Assembly (NCBI GenBank): GCA_963825525.1
Contig: CAWGTN010000003.1
Location: 64,001 to 128,000, forward strand
Origin: an uncultured Chloroflexia bacterium
GTDB lineage: Bacteria; Chloroflexota; Limnocylindria; QHBO01
Direction of reading: 5' to 3'
DNA length: 64,000 bases
Shown one piece after another: positions 28,039 through 38,516 of this stretch. Made by a program: the position numbers and the translations under genes. The notes below the pieces were generated by a model. That model worked only from the letters and a program-made list of their open reading frames with translations. It was not told the origin of the DNA and searched no databases. Each line of letters starts with the position of its first letter. Position 1 is the first letter of the stretch.

Positions 28039-29022
28039 ATGGCACGCGTCGCGGTCGTCTTCACCGGCGGCACCATCTCGATGCGCAGCGACGCCGGCGC
28101 ATCGGGCAACATTCCAACCCTGCGAGCCGATGACCTCCTCGCCTCGGTTCCGGGCCTTGACGCCATCGCGGACATCGAGCCGATCGACTGGGGCCTGGTT
28201 CCCGCGTCCCACCTGACCTTCGCCCAGGTCCTCGAGATCGGCGCGATCCTCGGTGAACAGCTGGCCCGTCCGGATATCGACGGCGCCGTGATCGTGCAGG
28301 GGACCGACGTGATCGAGGAGACGGCCTTCGCCTGGGACCTGCTCCCGCTTCCGGCCAAGCCGATCATCGTGGTCGGCGCCATGAGGTCGGCCAGCCAGGA
28401 CGCGTACGACGGGCCGGAGAACCTGCGGAGCGCCGTGGTCGCGGCTGCGGACCCCGAGCTTGCGGACCAGGGAGTGGTCGTCGCCATGGCCGGCGAGCTG
28501 CACGGCGCGGACGACGTCCGCAAGACCCACACCCACGCGCATGCAACCTTCCAGAGCCCGAATGCGGGCCGCCTGGGCATCGTGGCCGATGGTGCCGTCA
28601 GGCTCATGCGCCGCCGGCGGCCCGTGCACCTTGCGCGCATCCCCGAGCGGGCTGCCCTGCCCGTCCCGCTGCTCAGCGTGGTGCTCGACGCCGAACCGAT
28701 GCTGCCGGTCGCGCCGCAGGGCATGGTGGTCGCGGCGGCCGGCGGCGGCAACAGTCCGCTCGCCTACCTCGAGCTCGCGCGGAGGCTCATCGATGACGAC
28801 GTGCCGGTGGTGCTGACGACGCGCGCCGCGTCCGGCCAGCCGCTCCCGGGATACGCGTTCCCCGGTGGCAGCAGCGAGTGGTGGGATGCCGGCGCCATCT
28901 TCTCGGGGACGCTCGATGGGCTGAAGAGCCGGGTCGCCGTGGTCCTCGGACGGGGCGCCGGACTGTCCATGTCGGAGCTCGCCGACCTGTTCGAGCACCA
29001 CGGTGGGGGGCGCCGGGCCTGA
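28039..29022 (+). CDS. L-asparaginase
   Basis: TGGTISM; QGTDVIEETA; VGAMRS; DGPENL; VRKTHT. Confidence 0.9.
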   Translation: MARVAVVFTGGTISMRSDAGASGNIPTLRADDLLASVPGLDAIADIEPIDWGLVPASHLTFAQVLEIGAILGEQLARPDIDGAVIVQGTDVIEETAFAWDLLPLPAKPIIVVGAMRSASQDAYDGPENLRSAVVAAADPELADQGVVVAMAGELHGADDVRKTHTHAHATFQSPNAGRLGIVADGAVRLMRRRRPVHLARIPERAALPVPLLSVVLDAEPMLPVAPQGMVVAAAGGGNSPLAYLELARRLIDDDVPVVLTTRAASGQPLPGYAFPGGSSEWWDAGAIFSGTLDGLKSRVAVVLGRGAGLSMSELADLFEHHGGGRRA

Positions 29023-29033
29023 CGGCACCGCCG

Positions 29034-30431
29034 TCAACCGGGAACGCGGTGGACCTCGAGCAGGTTCGGCCCGCTTCCGGGACGCGCGGTCGACGCCACG
29101 AGCACGACCGCTGAGCCCGCCTCGAGCGTGGTGTCCTCCCCGAGCAACCACGCCATGAGTCCCAGCCGCTCACCCTCGTCGCCCGGCGGGACGCAGGCTC
29201 GAGCCCGCACGCCGTGGATCAGGGCGAGCCTCGAGACCACGGCCGGATCGGGGGAGAACGCGTGGATCGGCACCTTCGGGCGCAGTCCGGCCAGGATCCT
29301 CGCGGTCCGACCGGTCCGCGTGTAGCAGGCAATCGCGGACACGTCCCGATCGGCGCTGGCCAGTGTCACCGCCGCGAAGGCGAGGGCATCGGCGTCCGTC
29401 TCCCCACTCGCCGGCGCCCCGACGGCCAGGTACTCGGCGCCCTGCTCCTCGCACAGGCGGCAGATGCGAACGGCGGCCTCGGCGGCCAGGATCGGGTGCT
29501 GGCCGATGGCGGTTTCGCCGGAAAGCATGATCGCGTCGGTGCCGTCGAAGATCGCGTTTGCAACGTCGCTCGCCTCCGCACGGGTCGGGCGGGGTGAGCC
29601 GATCATCGACTCGAGCATCTGGGTGGCGACGATGGTGGGCACGCCGCGATCCAGCGCTCGCCGCACCAGTTGCTTCTGGAGCAGCGGCACCTCCTCGTAC
29701 GGCAGCTCGACCCCCAGGTCGCCACGCGCGATCATCACGGCATCCGCCACGTCGCAGATGGCCTCGAAGTCGTCGATTGCCGGGCGCGTCTCGATCTTCG
29801 CCACGATGGGTGGGCCGTCCTCACCCAGCAGGGTTCGGAGCTCGGACACGTCCGTCGCGCGACGGACGAACGATTGGGCGATGTAGTCGGCGCCCAGCGC
29901 CAGCGCGTGGGGGAGGTCGGCGCGGTCACGGTCGGTGAGGGCGGGGATCGAAAGGCGCTCGGCGGGAATGCTGACGCCCGCCCCGGATCGGATCAACCCG
30001 CCGCGCACCACCTCGGCATGAATCGTGTCCGAATCGACGCGCGAGACCCGCAGCTCGGCGGCGCCATCCGCCAGCAGGATGCGGTCGCCGGCGCGCACGT
30101 CGTGCGCAAGGGCCGCATACCGGACGCTGACTCCGTGTTCGTCACCCGGTCGCCCGCTGCCGGGCTCGAGACGAAACTCGGTGCCGGTGGTCAGCTCCAC
30201 CTCGCCGTCTCGGAGCTCCCCCAGTCGGATCTTGGGACCCGACAGGTCCGTCATGATCGCGACGGTCCGTTCGGGATCGGCGTCGCGGATGCGCTGGGCC
30301 GCCAGCGAGCGCGTTTCCGTCGTGCCGTGCGAGAAGTTGAGGCGAGCGACGTTCATGCCGGCCGATACGAGCTCGTCCACGCGGCCGATCGAGGCCGGCC
30401 CGATGGTGCAGACGAGCTTCGTCCGCCGCAT
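29034..30431 (-). CDS. pyk: Pyruvate kinase
   Basis: RRTKLVCTIGPAS; RLNFSHG; AKIET; MIARGDLGVE; ATQMLESM; MLSGETA. Confidence 0.97.
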   Translation of the reverse strand: MRRTKLVCTIGPASIGRVDELVSAGMNVARLNFSHGTTETRSLAAQRIRDADPERTVAIMTDLSGPKIRLGELRDGEVELTTGTEFRLEPGSGRPGDEHGVSVRYAALAHDVRAGDRILLADGAAELRVSRVDSDTIHAEVVRGGLIRSGAGVSIPAERLSIPALTDRDRADLPHALALGADYIAQSFVRRATDVSELRTLLGEDGPPIVAKIETRPAIDDFEAICDVADAVMIARGDLGVELPYEEVPLLQKQLVRRALDRGVPTIVATQMLESMIGSPRPTRAEASDVANAIFDGTDAIMLSGETAIGQHPILAAEAAVRICRLCEEQGAEYLAVGAPASGETDADALAFAAVTLASADRDVSAIACYTRTGRTARILAGLRPKVPIHAFSPDPAVVSRLALIHGVRARACVPPGDEGERLGLMAWLLGEDTTLEAGSAVVLVASTARPGSGPNLLEVHRVPG

Positions 30432-32318
30432 CAGCTGACGGTCGCCCCGGACTTGTAGGCAGCGCCTGCCGCTCGCCGGCGCTCGTGCTGTCCGAGCAGT
30501 CGCTTGCGAAGGCGAATGGCCGTCGGCGTCACCTCCACCAGCTCATCGGCGGCTATGAACTCGATGGCCGACTCGAGGGTGAGGACTCGCGGCGGTGTGT
30601 GGATGCGATAGTCGCCGTCCGTCGCCTGGGTGCGCATCTTCGAGAGCGCCTTCGACTTCGTGGGATTCACGTCCATGTCCCCGGGGCGCGCGTTCTCACC
30701 GATGATCATGCCCTCGTACACCTCGGTCGACGGCCCGACGAAGAGCTCGCTGCGCTCGACCAGCGATGAAAGCGCATAGGCCCGCGTCTCGCCGGCGCGA
30801 TCCGAGACGAGCACGCCGCTCGTCCGATGCGTGACCTCCCCGGCCCAGGGCCCGTACCCCTCGCCGATCTGGTGGAGGAGTGCCGTGCCTCGTGTGTCCG
30901 ACAGCAGCTGGCCGCGATAGCCGATGAGTCCGCGCGTCGGAATGATGAATTCCATCCGCACCCGACCGTCGGCATCGGTGCTCATCTGCTCGAGTCGGCC
31001 GCGGCGTCCGGCCAGGGCCTGCTGGACGACGCCGATGTAGTCGGGCGGGATGTCGATGGTCGCCCGCTCGTAGGGCTCCATCGTCTTGCCGCCCTCCTGG
31101 CGAAGGATGACCTCGGGGCGGCTGATCGTGAGCTCGAACCCCTCGCGCCGCATCTGCTCGATCAGGACGGCCAGCTGGAGCTCGCCGCGGCCGCGCACCT
31201 CGAACGTCTCACCCGACTCGGTGGGGTGGATCTCGATGGCCACGTTGCCGAGGACCTCGCGATCCAGCCGGGCGCGGATCTGGCGGGAGGTGAGGAACGT
31301 CCCGTCGCGCCCCGCCATGGGGGACGAGTTCACGCCGAATGTCATGCGCAGCGTGGGCGCGTCGACGTCGAGGCGGGGGAGCGGCCGAGGGTCGGCCGGA
31401 TCGGTCAGATGTATCGCCGATCGTGACCTCCGGCAGGCCGGCCACCGACACGATGTCGCCGGCCACGGCCTCGGTGATGTCGACGCGCTCGATGCCGTGG
31501 GCCGTCTGGAGCGCGGTCACCGTGCCGGTCAGGGTCATGCTGCGCCCCGGCTCCACCGTGCCATCGGTGTCTTCCGCCTCTTCCCGCACGATCGTCACCC
31601 GCTGCCCGACGCGGATGGTGCCGTTGTGGATTCGGCCGACCGCCATCCGTCCCACGTAGTCGTTCGCCGACAGGTTGGTGACCAGCAGCTGGAGCGGATG
31701 GCCTTCCTCGTGGGTCGGCGGCGGCGTTACGCGGACCAGGATGTCGAGCAGTGGCCTGAGGTCCGTGCCCGGCTGCGCGAGGTCCGTCGTCGCGGTGCCG
31801 GCCTTTGCGTTGGTGTAGACGACCGGGAACTCGATCTGGTGCTCGTCGGCTCCCAGGTCGATGAACAGCTCGTAGACCTCGTCCAGCACTTCGGCGGGGC
31901 GCGCATCGGAGCGGTCGATCTTGTTCAGGGCGACCACGACCGGCAGGTGGCGTTGCATCGCCTTCTGGAGCACGTAGCGTGTCTGGGGCAGCGGACCCTC
32001 GGCCGCGTCGACCAGCAGCAGCACGGCGTCGACCATGAGCAGCGACCGCTCGACCTCGCCGCCGAAGTCGGCATGGCCGGGGGTGTCGACGATGTTGAGA
32101 CGCACCCCGTCCACGTCCACCGTGGTCTGCTTCGCCAGGATGGTGATGCCCTTCTCGCGCTCGAGATCGCCCGAGTCGAGCACCCGATCCACCAGGGCCT
32201 CGTTGGCGCGAAACGTGCCGGTCTGCCGCAGCATGCCGTCGACCAGGGTCGTCTTGCCGTGGTCGACGTGGGCGATGATCGCGAGATTGCGCAGATCGTG
32301 TCGGGTGGCGGTCGTCAT
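30431..32318 (-). CDS. typA: Translational GTPase TypA/BipA, one frameshift near 31410
   Basis: [23 protein letters not shown] and NKID in the first frame; GRGELQL and EPYE in the second; an extra base in acatctgacc breaks IGDTLTDPADP. Confidence 0.9.
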
Positions 32319-32470
32319 CGGCCCCATCGTGGCAGATGCGCGTACATGGCGCAGTTTGGGGTGAGGGTGCTCGGCGGAATGACGTACGGCGGAACAGGAC
32401 GGGTGCTTGATCCGTCCTTCTCATCACGCGCGTAGCGTGTCGTCAACAGACTCCCCAGGAGTGCACCCGA

Positions 32471-32587
32471 ATGCTCCGGCACGAACCAACTCGAACATCC
32501 GTTGCCGATTGGGAGCTCGGCATCGCCGCCATCCTGCTCCTCATCGGGGTGGTCCTCACCACCCTCGTGGTCCCTGCCCTCGTCTGA
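32471..32587 (+). CDS. 38-aa single-TM small protein (MLRHEPTRTSVADWELGIAAILLLIGVVLTTLVVPALV)
   Basis: Translated by hand; AGGAG upstream; GC3-rich hydrophobic C-terminal half. Confidence 0.55.
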   Translation: MLRHEPTRTSVADWELGIAAILLLIGVVLTTLVVPALV

Positions 32588-32592
32588 GTCCG

Positions 32593-33648
32593 TCAGGGAC
32601 GCAGCCGGTAGAAGCGGAAGAAGTCGTTCTCGATCGGCAGGATCTCGAAACCGCCGAACCCCGCTCGCTTCGCGTAGCCGCGGAGCGTGTCGGGACGCAT
32701 CACCGTCCCCGTCGCGACACTCGGTGCGCGGGATCGCCCGTCCGGCAGGCAGGTCGTGATGCTCCAGCCGTACATGAAACGTTCGATGTCGTCGCCGGGC
32801 GGCGCGAAGGACTCGGCCACTCGCTCATCGACCACGATCAGGGATCCGCTCGGGCCAAGGGCCTTCCTGACCGCGTCCAGCACGGGCACCGGGTTCGCCA
32901 TGTCATGCACCGCTTCGATGATGATCGCGGCGTCATAGCCGTCTCCCAGGGTCGCCGCCGCGTCGGCATGACGGAACTCCACGCGATCGCCCACGCCGGC
33001 GGCCGCCGCGTTGGCGCGTGCCGCATCGATGGAGGGGCCGTCCAGGTCCACGCCCACGATCCGTGCCCGCGGGTAGGCCCGCGCGATGGCGATCGTCGAC
33101 CAGCCCTCCCCACACCCGACGTCCAGCACGGTCGCCGCCGGGGCGGAACTCAGTCGCTCGTGCAGGTCGGGGATCGCACCCAGCCACTCCGGGCCGAGAA
33201 GATGCGTGAACGGCGGCCGGTTGAGCGCCGCCTGTCCCTCGCGCATGTCCGTGCCGTACCGCTCCCATCCGACGCCGTCGCCGGTCCGGTAGGCGTCGAC
33301 CAGCTCCGGTAGGCGGCCGAAGGCCGCGACCATCATGCGAGCGATGGGCGCCATGAGGTTCAGGCTCTCCGGATCCACCAGGACCGCGGCGTGGTCGGCG
33401 CTCAGGCGGAAGCGGCCGTCGGCATCGACCTCGAGGATCGACCCCGTGGCCTGCTGCTCGAGCCACTCACGCGCGTAGCGCTCGTCGATGCCCGCGCGGG
33501 ACGCGAGCTCGGACGGGCTCGCCGGTCCGTCATCGACCAGGGCCCGATACAGCCCAAGTCGATCGCCCAGGTACACCCCGGCGAGGTCGAACGCGCCGAG
33601 GGCAGAGGCAAACAAGCGCTCGCTGAGCGCATCGGCGGAGGCAGTCAC
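32593..33648 (-). CDS. Class I SAM methyltransferase with N-terminal wHTH (Rv2258c-like)
   Basis: YLGDRLGLY; ERYAREWL; LDVGCGEGW; EAVHDMANPV; GTVMRP. Confidence 0.9.
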   Translation of the reverse strand: MTASADALSERLFASALGAFDLAGVYLGDRLGLYRALVDDGPASPSELASRAGIDERYAREWLEQQATGSILEVDADGRFRLSADHAAVLVDPESLNLMAPIARMMVAAFGRLPELVDAYRTGDGVGWERYGTDMREGQAALNRPPFTHLLGPEWLGAIPDLHERLSSAPAATVLDVGCGEGWSTIAIARAYPRARIVGVDLDGPSIDAARANAAAAGVGDRVEFRHADAAATLGDGYDAAIIIEAVHDMANPVPVLDAVRKALGPSGSLIVVDERVAESFAPPGDDIERFMYGWSITTCLPDGRSRAPSVATGTVMRPDTLRGYAKRAGFGGFEILPIENDFFRFYRLRP

Positions 33649-33763
33649 TGGTCTTCTCCGTTGAGGGTGATGGGTGACAAGTATTGCGTCCCAACCCCGC
33701 CACCCGCGACGGTCATCCGATCGGTTGGCCCATGCGTCATTCGGACCGGCAGCCGTGCCATCC

Positions 33764-34060
33764 TCAGCCGATGTCGGTGGTGCCCCCGGGACGCGGTGAC
33801 GATCGCTGAAATCGGACGGCGATGACGAGCGTGGCGGCTCCGATGAGCAGCGCGACGCTGTTCGGCACGAAGATCGCCGGGTTCCCGAGCGAGATGCCGT
33901 ACGCGACCCACAGGCTGAACCCGATCTCCAACACGCCGAGGTAGGCGATCGAGATGTCCGCCGACGATCGACGCCTGAGCATCCGGCGAATCTGGAGCAG
34001 GGGCGCCAGCGCCATCAGCACTCCCCAGCTGGCGGCAGTCACGGCAAGCGCATCGGTCAT
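33764..34060 (-). CDS. SemiSWEET/PQ-loop family protein
   Basis: 98 aa with three TMs; APLLQIRRMLRRRSSADIS; LWVAYG; PN motif. Confidence 0.75.
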   Translation of the reverse strand: MTDALAVTAASWGVLMALAPLLQIRRMLRRRSSADISIAYLGVLEIGFSLWVAYGISLGNPAIFVPNSVALLIGAATLVIAVRFQRSSPRPGGTTDIG

Positions 34061-34151
34061 GGGAACTCCTCGTGTCGAAGCGCTCAGGACCGATCGGGCC
34101 GCGTTCGCTGGACAGGCGACCACCGAGGAGCGCGCGCGCGGCCCGACAATG

Positions 34152-35797
34152 CTACTCCGGAACGCGGATCGGCTGGCTCGGCGCTGGGTCCGTCGTGGCC
34201 GCGGGCCGCCGGAAAAGCTCGAGCTCGGGGACCAGCAGGATCACGATCGCCGCTGCACCTGCGGCGCCCGCCACGGCGAGCCACATCGCAGTCGCGATGG
34301 CCTGGTGGATGGCATCCACGATCTGTCCGATGAGTGGCTCGACGGTCGGCCGCGCCGCGGCCGGGACGCTCGAGAGGATCTGCTGTCCGAGGTCCACGCC
34401 GACGCCGGTCAGGTTGGCGTCGGCAGCGGCGCCGCCGGACGCGAAGCGATCTACGATCGGCTGCGGAACGCCGCCCGCCGCCAGCTGGCGCGGGATCTCG
34501 TTGGCCAGCGAGGTACCGAAGATCGTGCCGGCCAGTGCGAGGCCGACGGATCCGCCGACCTGCCGGAAGAAGGTCAGCGCGCTGGTTGCGGTTCCGAGCA
34601 TTCGCGGTGCGACCGCGCTCTGGACCACGATCGTGAAGACGGTGAAGGACGGGCCGATGCCGAGCCCGGCGATGAACATCCAGAGCCAGACGGTGGTGAT
34701 GGGCGTATCGGATCGGATGCCCGTCATCAGGAACAGCCCCACCGTGCCGACCGCCATGGCCCCGGCCGTCAACCACTTGTAGCGCCCGGTGCGGGCCACG
34801 ATGAAGCCGGAGGCGATCGAGCTGCCGATGACGCCGGCGATGAGCGGCAGCATCTGATAGCCGGACTCGGTCGCGCTCGAGCCCAGCACGAACTGGAACC
34901 AGCGGGGGATGAAGATGACGGCGCCGAAGAATCCGAACGTGATGAGGAACGTCGCGATGATCGAGGCGGTGACGGTTCGGTTGCGGAACAGGCTGAGTGG
35001 CAGGATCGGCTCAGCGGCGCGCGATTCGATCCATACGAAGAGCCCACCGAGCAGGGCACCGATGAGCATGAGGCCGCCGACCTGCGGGTCTGCCCATTCA
35101 CCGGTCTGCTTGTTCGTCAGGCCGAGGAGGAACGGGATGAGGGCTGCCGCGAACACCGAGGCACCGAGGTAGTCGATGGACCGAACGGCTTCGGGATGAC
35201 GAACGGGCGGCAGGAGGCGCCACAGGACCGCGAGCGCCACGATGCCGACCGGGAGGTTGACGAGGAAGACCCAATGCCAGCTGATCGTGTCGGTGAGGAA
35301 GCCGCCGAGCGCGGGGCCGAGGATCGAGGCGATGGCAAAGACGGCACCGAACAGACCCTGGTACTTCCCACGCTCGCGCGGGCTGAAGAGGTCGCCGATG
35401 ACGGCGAGGGCGATCGGGAAGATGGCACCCGCGCCAGTCCCTGGATGCCACGGAAGGCGATGAGCTGGACGATCGACTGGGACAGTCCGGCAAGGAGCGA
35501 CCCGACCAGGAACAGGCTGACGCCGAACATGATCATGGGCCTGCGGCCGAACTGGTCGGAGAGCTTGCCGTAGATAGGCCCGGTCACCGTTGCGGCGAGG
35601 AGGTAGATCGTGACGACCCACACGTAGAGCTCATTGCCGGAGAGATCGGTGACGATGCGCGGCAACGCGGTCCCGACAATGGTCTGGTCGAGCGCGCTGA
35701 GGAAGATGGTGAGAAGGACGGCGCCAAGGATCTCCATCCTGGCGCGCTGGGTGACGTGAACGGGTGCCTGGTCGGGTGCGGGTGATGCGCTGGTCAT
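34152..35797 (-). CDS. DHA2 (EmrB/QacA-like) MFS efflux pump, frameshift near 35435
   Basis: LDQTIVGTALPRI; GKLSDQFGRR; WHWVFLVNLPVG; one G missing at GIQGLG. Confidence 0.85.
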
Positions 35798-36265
35798 GCG
35801 GTTGCTTCCTCGGATGACGCTGATCGCGCGCGCCGCGGCGTTGAGATCCCTGACCGACGCGGCCAGGCGTTCCTGTTGGGTCGCGTGAGCGACTCGATGA
35901 GCCGAGCGATGCGGTCGCGCCGGCTCTGCTCCATTCTCGGATGAGCTGGCGGCCCTGCTCGGTGAGGGTGACGAACACGACGCGCCGATCGACGGTGTCG
36001 TGCGTTCGCTCGACGATGCCGCGCTCGGCGAGCCTGCCGATGATCCCGGTCGCGTTGGGGAGCGCCACGTCCAGGCGTTCGGCGATGCGACTCATCGGCA
36101 CTGCTCCTCGATCTCGAGGAGTGCGAGCACGCCGAAGCCGACCATGGAGAGGCCGTGCTCCTGGCAGCGAGCGGCCCACGCACGGCGATGCTGGGCCAGG
36201 AGCGGAACGAGCGCGTCGATGATTTCGGCCGCCCGCGATAGGGTGGCGCGCGAGGTTCGAGTCAT
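35794..36265 (-). CDS. MarR-family regulator, three to four frameshifts
   Basis: Pieced across frames: GLSMVGFGVLALLE/GAVPMSRIAERLDVALPNATGIIGRLAERGIVERTHDTVDRRVVFVTLTEQG. Confidence 0.75.
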
Positions 36266-36272
36266 CGAGTTA

Positions 36273-36312
36273 ATTATGGTGACATGAATGATTATGTCAA
36301 TCGGAATGATTA
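36273..36312 (-). promoter_or_regulatory. marR-MFS promoter with palindromic operator
   Basis: TTGACA (36300-36295), 16 bp, CATAAT (36278-36273), 7 nt, ATG; TGACAT-N8-ATGTCA overlaps it; gaatgatta occurs twice. Confidence 0.7.
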
Positions 36313-36338
36313 GCCTTGGAAATCGATGCCCCCCGACT

Positions 36339-36425
36339 CGTGGACGCCGTGTGGATAGCTTCGGAATCCGACCGAAAGTTCGGGGATAAGTGGGCTTGCG
36401 CAGCGCCGGCCCGCGACCCGATACT
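36339..36425 (+). promoter_or_regulatory. Three DnaA-box-like motifs plus sigma70 promoter (copy 1)
   Basis: CGTGGACGC 36339, TGTGGATAG 36350, CGGGGATAA 36381; TTGCGC 36396, 18 bp, GATACT 36420. Confidence 0.6.
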
Positions 36426-36431
36426 GAGGTC

Positions 36432-36570
36432 GTCCCGAAGGGGCAAGCGACCGGATCACAAGATTTCGATCATGAGTTCCGGCAGCGGGTTTGGAGGCTT
36501 CGGCCAAAGATCCTGACGGCAGCGGTGGCTTCGGTCACCGAGGTCGGACGCCTGTTCCTTCGGGACATTT
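36432..36570 (+). ncRNA. Structured RNA of unrecognised family, copy 1 (three UUCG hairpins)
   Basis: 5' gtcccgaaggggcaagcg pairs with 3' cgcctgttccttcgggac (17 of 18 pairs including G-U); homolog at 49243. Confidence 0.7.
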
Positions 36571-36590
36571 CGCATGCCCGCGGAGGATCG

Positions 36591-37352
36591 ATGAGCGTGA
36601 CACCGGACGTCGGGCCCGGCGCCCGCGTCCACGACATTCGCGTCGCGGATGACGCCGAGGCCTTCCTGGTCGAGCCCGAAGAGGGCGGACGCGGGCCAGC
36701 GGTGCTCTTCCTCCACTGGTTCGACACCGAAGCGACCGATGGAAACCGCACGCAGTTCCTGGACGAGGCTGCGCACCTTGCGCGCGACCGCGGCGTCGTC
36801 TCCATCCTGCCGCAGGGTCGCTTCCCATGGGCCGGGGATCCTTCCGACGCAGCCAGCGACATCGAGCGCATCGGCGCGGAAGTCGCGGCCCATCGGGCGG
36901 CCGTGGATCTCCTCAGCGCCCGTGACGATGTCGATCCATCGCGCATCGGCCTTGTCGGGCACGATTTCGGGGCCATGCACGGCGTGCTGCTGGCGGCCGA
37001 CGACACGCGCATCTCGGCCATGGTCATCATCGCCGCCACGCCCCGCTGGGGGGATTGGTTCCTTCCGTTCTGGGCGATCGATGGCGATCGGCACGACTAC
37101 CTCCGCGCGCTGGCTCCGGTTGACCCGATCTCGCGGATCGCCGACGTGGCGCCCCGGCCGATCTACCTGCAGTTCGCCCGCAACGACTTCTTCATTGCCG
37201 CCATGACCGGGCTGGAGCTGCACCGTGCCGCCGCCGAGCCCAAGGAGATGCGCGCGTACGACGCCGACCATGGGATGCGCGTGAGCGAAGCGCGCGACGA
37301 CAGGGTCGCGTTCTTCGACCGCACGATCCTCTCGGAGCGCCCGACCGGCTGA
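36591..37352 (+). CDS. Alpha/beta hydrolase (DLH/peptidase S9-like fold)
   Basis: GPAVLFLHW; DVDPSRIGLVGHDFG; YDADH; GGAGG RBS. Confidence 0.8.
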   Translation: MSVTPDVGPGARVHDIRVADDAEAFLVEPEEGGRGPAVLFLHWFDTEATDGNRTQFLDEAAHLARDRGVVSILPQGRFPWAGDPSDAASDIERIGAEVAAHRAAVDLLSARDDVDPSRIGLVGHDFGAMHGVLLAADDTRISAMVIIAATPRWGDWFLPFWAIDGDRHDYLRALAPVDPISRIADVAPRPIYLQFARNDFFIAAMTGLELHRAAAEPKEMRAYDADHGMRVSEARDDRVAFFDRTILSERPTG

Positions 37353-37451
37353 GTGCCGGCTTCAGGGGTTGCGCCCCGCGGTATCCTCAGCGGGCCGTCA
37401 TGCCCTTCGGCACCTCAGGGGGTTCGCGATACGTTGGCCGGAGGTGCGCAC

Positions 37452-37625
37452 GTGGAATTGGCAACCGGGCGCGACATGCTCGTCATCGCTCTGCTCGTGG
37501 CGGCGGTCCTGAGCACGATGTGGATTCTGTCCGCGACGCGCCGGCATCCCGCCGAAATCGGCCGCGCCGAGGACGCCCGTCGGACCCCTGAGGCGCGAAG
37601 GGACCAGACGCCTCGAGTGCGATGA
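37452..37625 (+). CDS. 57-aa single-TM small protein
   Basis: GGAGG RBS before GTG; hydrophobic MLVIALLVAAVLSTMWILS. Confidence 0.55.
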   Translation: MELATGRDMLVIALLVAAVLSTMWILSATRRHPAEIGRAEDARRTPEARRDQTPRVR

Positions 37626-37635
37626 CGCTGCCACC

Positions 37636-38358
37636 TCACGTGTCGGTCGGGTAGTTCCAGCGGCCCACCTGTGAGGCGAGCGTGACCGGGTCGAGAATCA
37701 CGATCGATCCGGCCGACGTCGTGACGATGCCCTCGCTTCGGAGTTCGCGAAGCACGCGGGCCACGACTTCTCTCACGGTGCCGACGCCGTCCGCGAGCTG
37801 CTGCTGCGTGACAGGCACCGTGAGACGCTGAGGCTCATCGGTGGGATGGGCCAGGTCCAGCAGGTGGCCCGCGACGCGCTCCCGCATGGTGCCGAAAGCA
37901 TGGGCGGCCAGGCTTGCGTACGAGTCCTCCAGCCGCTGGCTCAGAGCGTGGACGACCTGCGTCGCGGCGCTCGCGTCGGTCTCGATGATCTCGCGCAGAT
38001 GTCGGATGTTGAACTCCACGACCGTGCAGTCCGTTACGGCCGAAATGCCAAGCGGTGCCCGGTCGCCGACCAGGGGAAACACGCTGCCGATCAGCTCACC
38101 CGGACGAGCGTATCGAACGGTCAGCATCCGACCGTCCCCGGCACCGATGTACGCTCGCGCGACGCCAGACTCGACGACGCCGGCCCGCGTCCACTCGGCG
38201 CGCGGCGGGAAGATGGCCGCCCCGGCGCCGACACGCGTGGTGGTCGCGCTGTCGAGGATCTGTTGGCGGAGCGATTCGCTCAGACCCGGAAGGAAGCCTG
38301 CGCCGATGAGGGGCGCGTCGCTCGTCTCGTCCGTGGCATCCGCCTCCGCTTGGTGCAC
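37636..38358 (-). CDS. Crp/Fnr-family regulator
   Basis: cNMP-binding barrel (VVESGVAR..PGELIG); HTH VTQQQLADGVGTVREVVARVL; start chosen at GTG 38358. Confidence 0.9.
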   Translation of the reverse strand: MHQAEADATDETSDAPLIGAGFLPGLSESLRQQILDSATTTRVGAGAAIFPPRAEWTRAGVVESGVARAYIGAGDGRMLTVRYARPGELIGSVFPLVGDRAPLGISAVTDCTVVEFNIRHLREIIETDASAATQVVHALSQRLEDSYASLAAHAFGTMRERVAGHLLDLAHPTDEPQRLTVPVTQQQLADGVGTVREVVARVLRELRSEGIVTTSAGSIVILDPVTLASQVGRWNYPTDT

Positions 38359-38378
38359 TCTCGTCGCCGTCGCGGAAG

Positions 38379-38394
38379 CGTGACCTACGTCACG
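38379..38394. promoter_or_regulatory. CRP/GlxR-type binding site
   Basis: CGTGA-CCTACG-TCACG, matching GTGA-N6-TCAC, between crp and the divergent secreted-protein operon. Confidence 0.7.
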
Positions 38395-38516
38395 GACTAC
38401 CGTCGCGGGCACGATCCGATCGGTCGATGGTAGTCGGGCGGACGATCGGGTGTCATGCACACATTCCCACGCATTTGACGCCCACGTCATTCAATCTCTC
38501 GACGGAGTTCTTGATC

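Noticed and set aside
30431-32318. typA as a pseudogene or programmed frameshift
   Set aside because: A single extra base with no slippery heptamer, intact motifs on both sides, and located in the indel-rich zone
34152-36265. MarR-MFS fusion protein suggested by frame 35631-36179
   Set aside because: Better explained by indels; an ATGA stop/start overlap at 35794-35797 indicates two coupled genes
36432-36570. UUCG hairpin repeats as a CRISPR array or tRNA
   Set aside because: No constant repeat-spacer periodicity, no cas genes, and no cloverleaf, T-loop or CCA end
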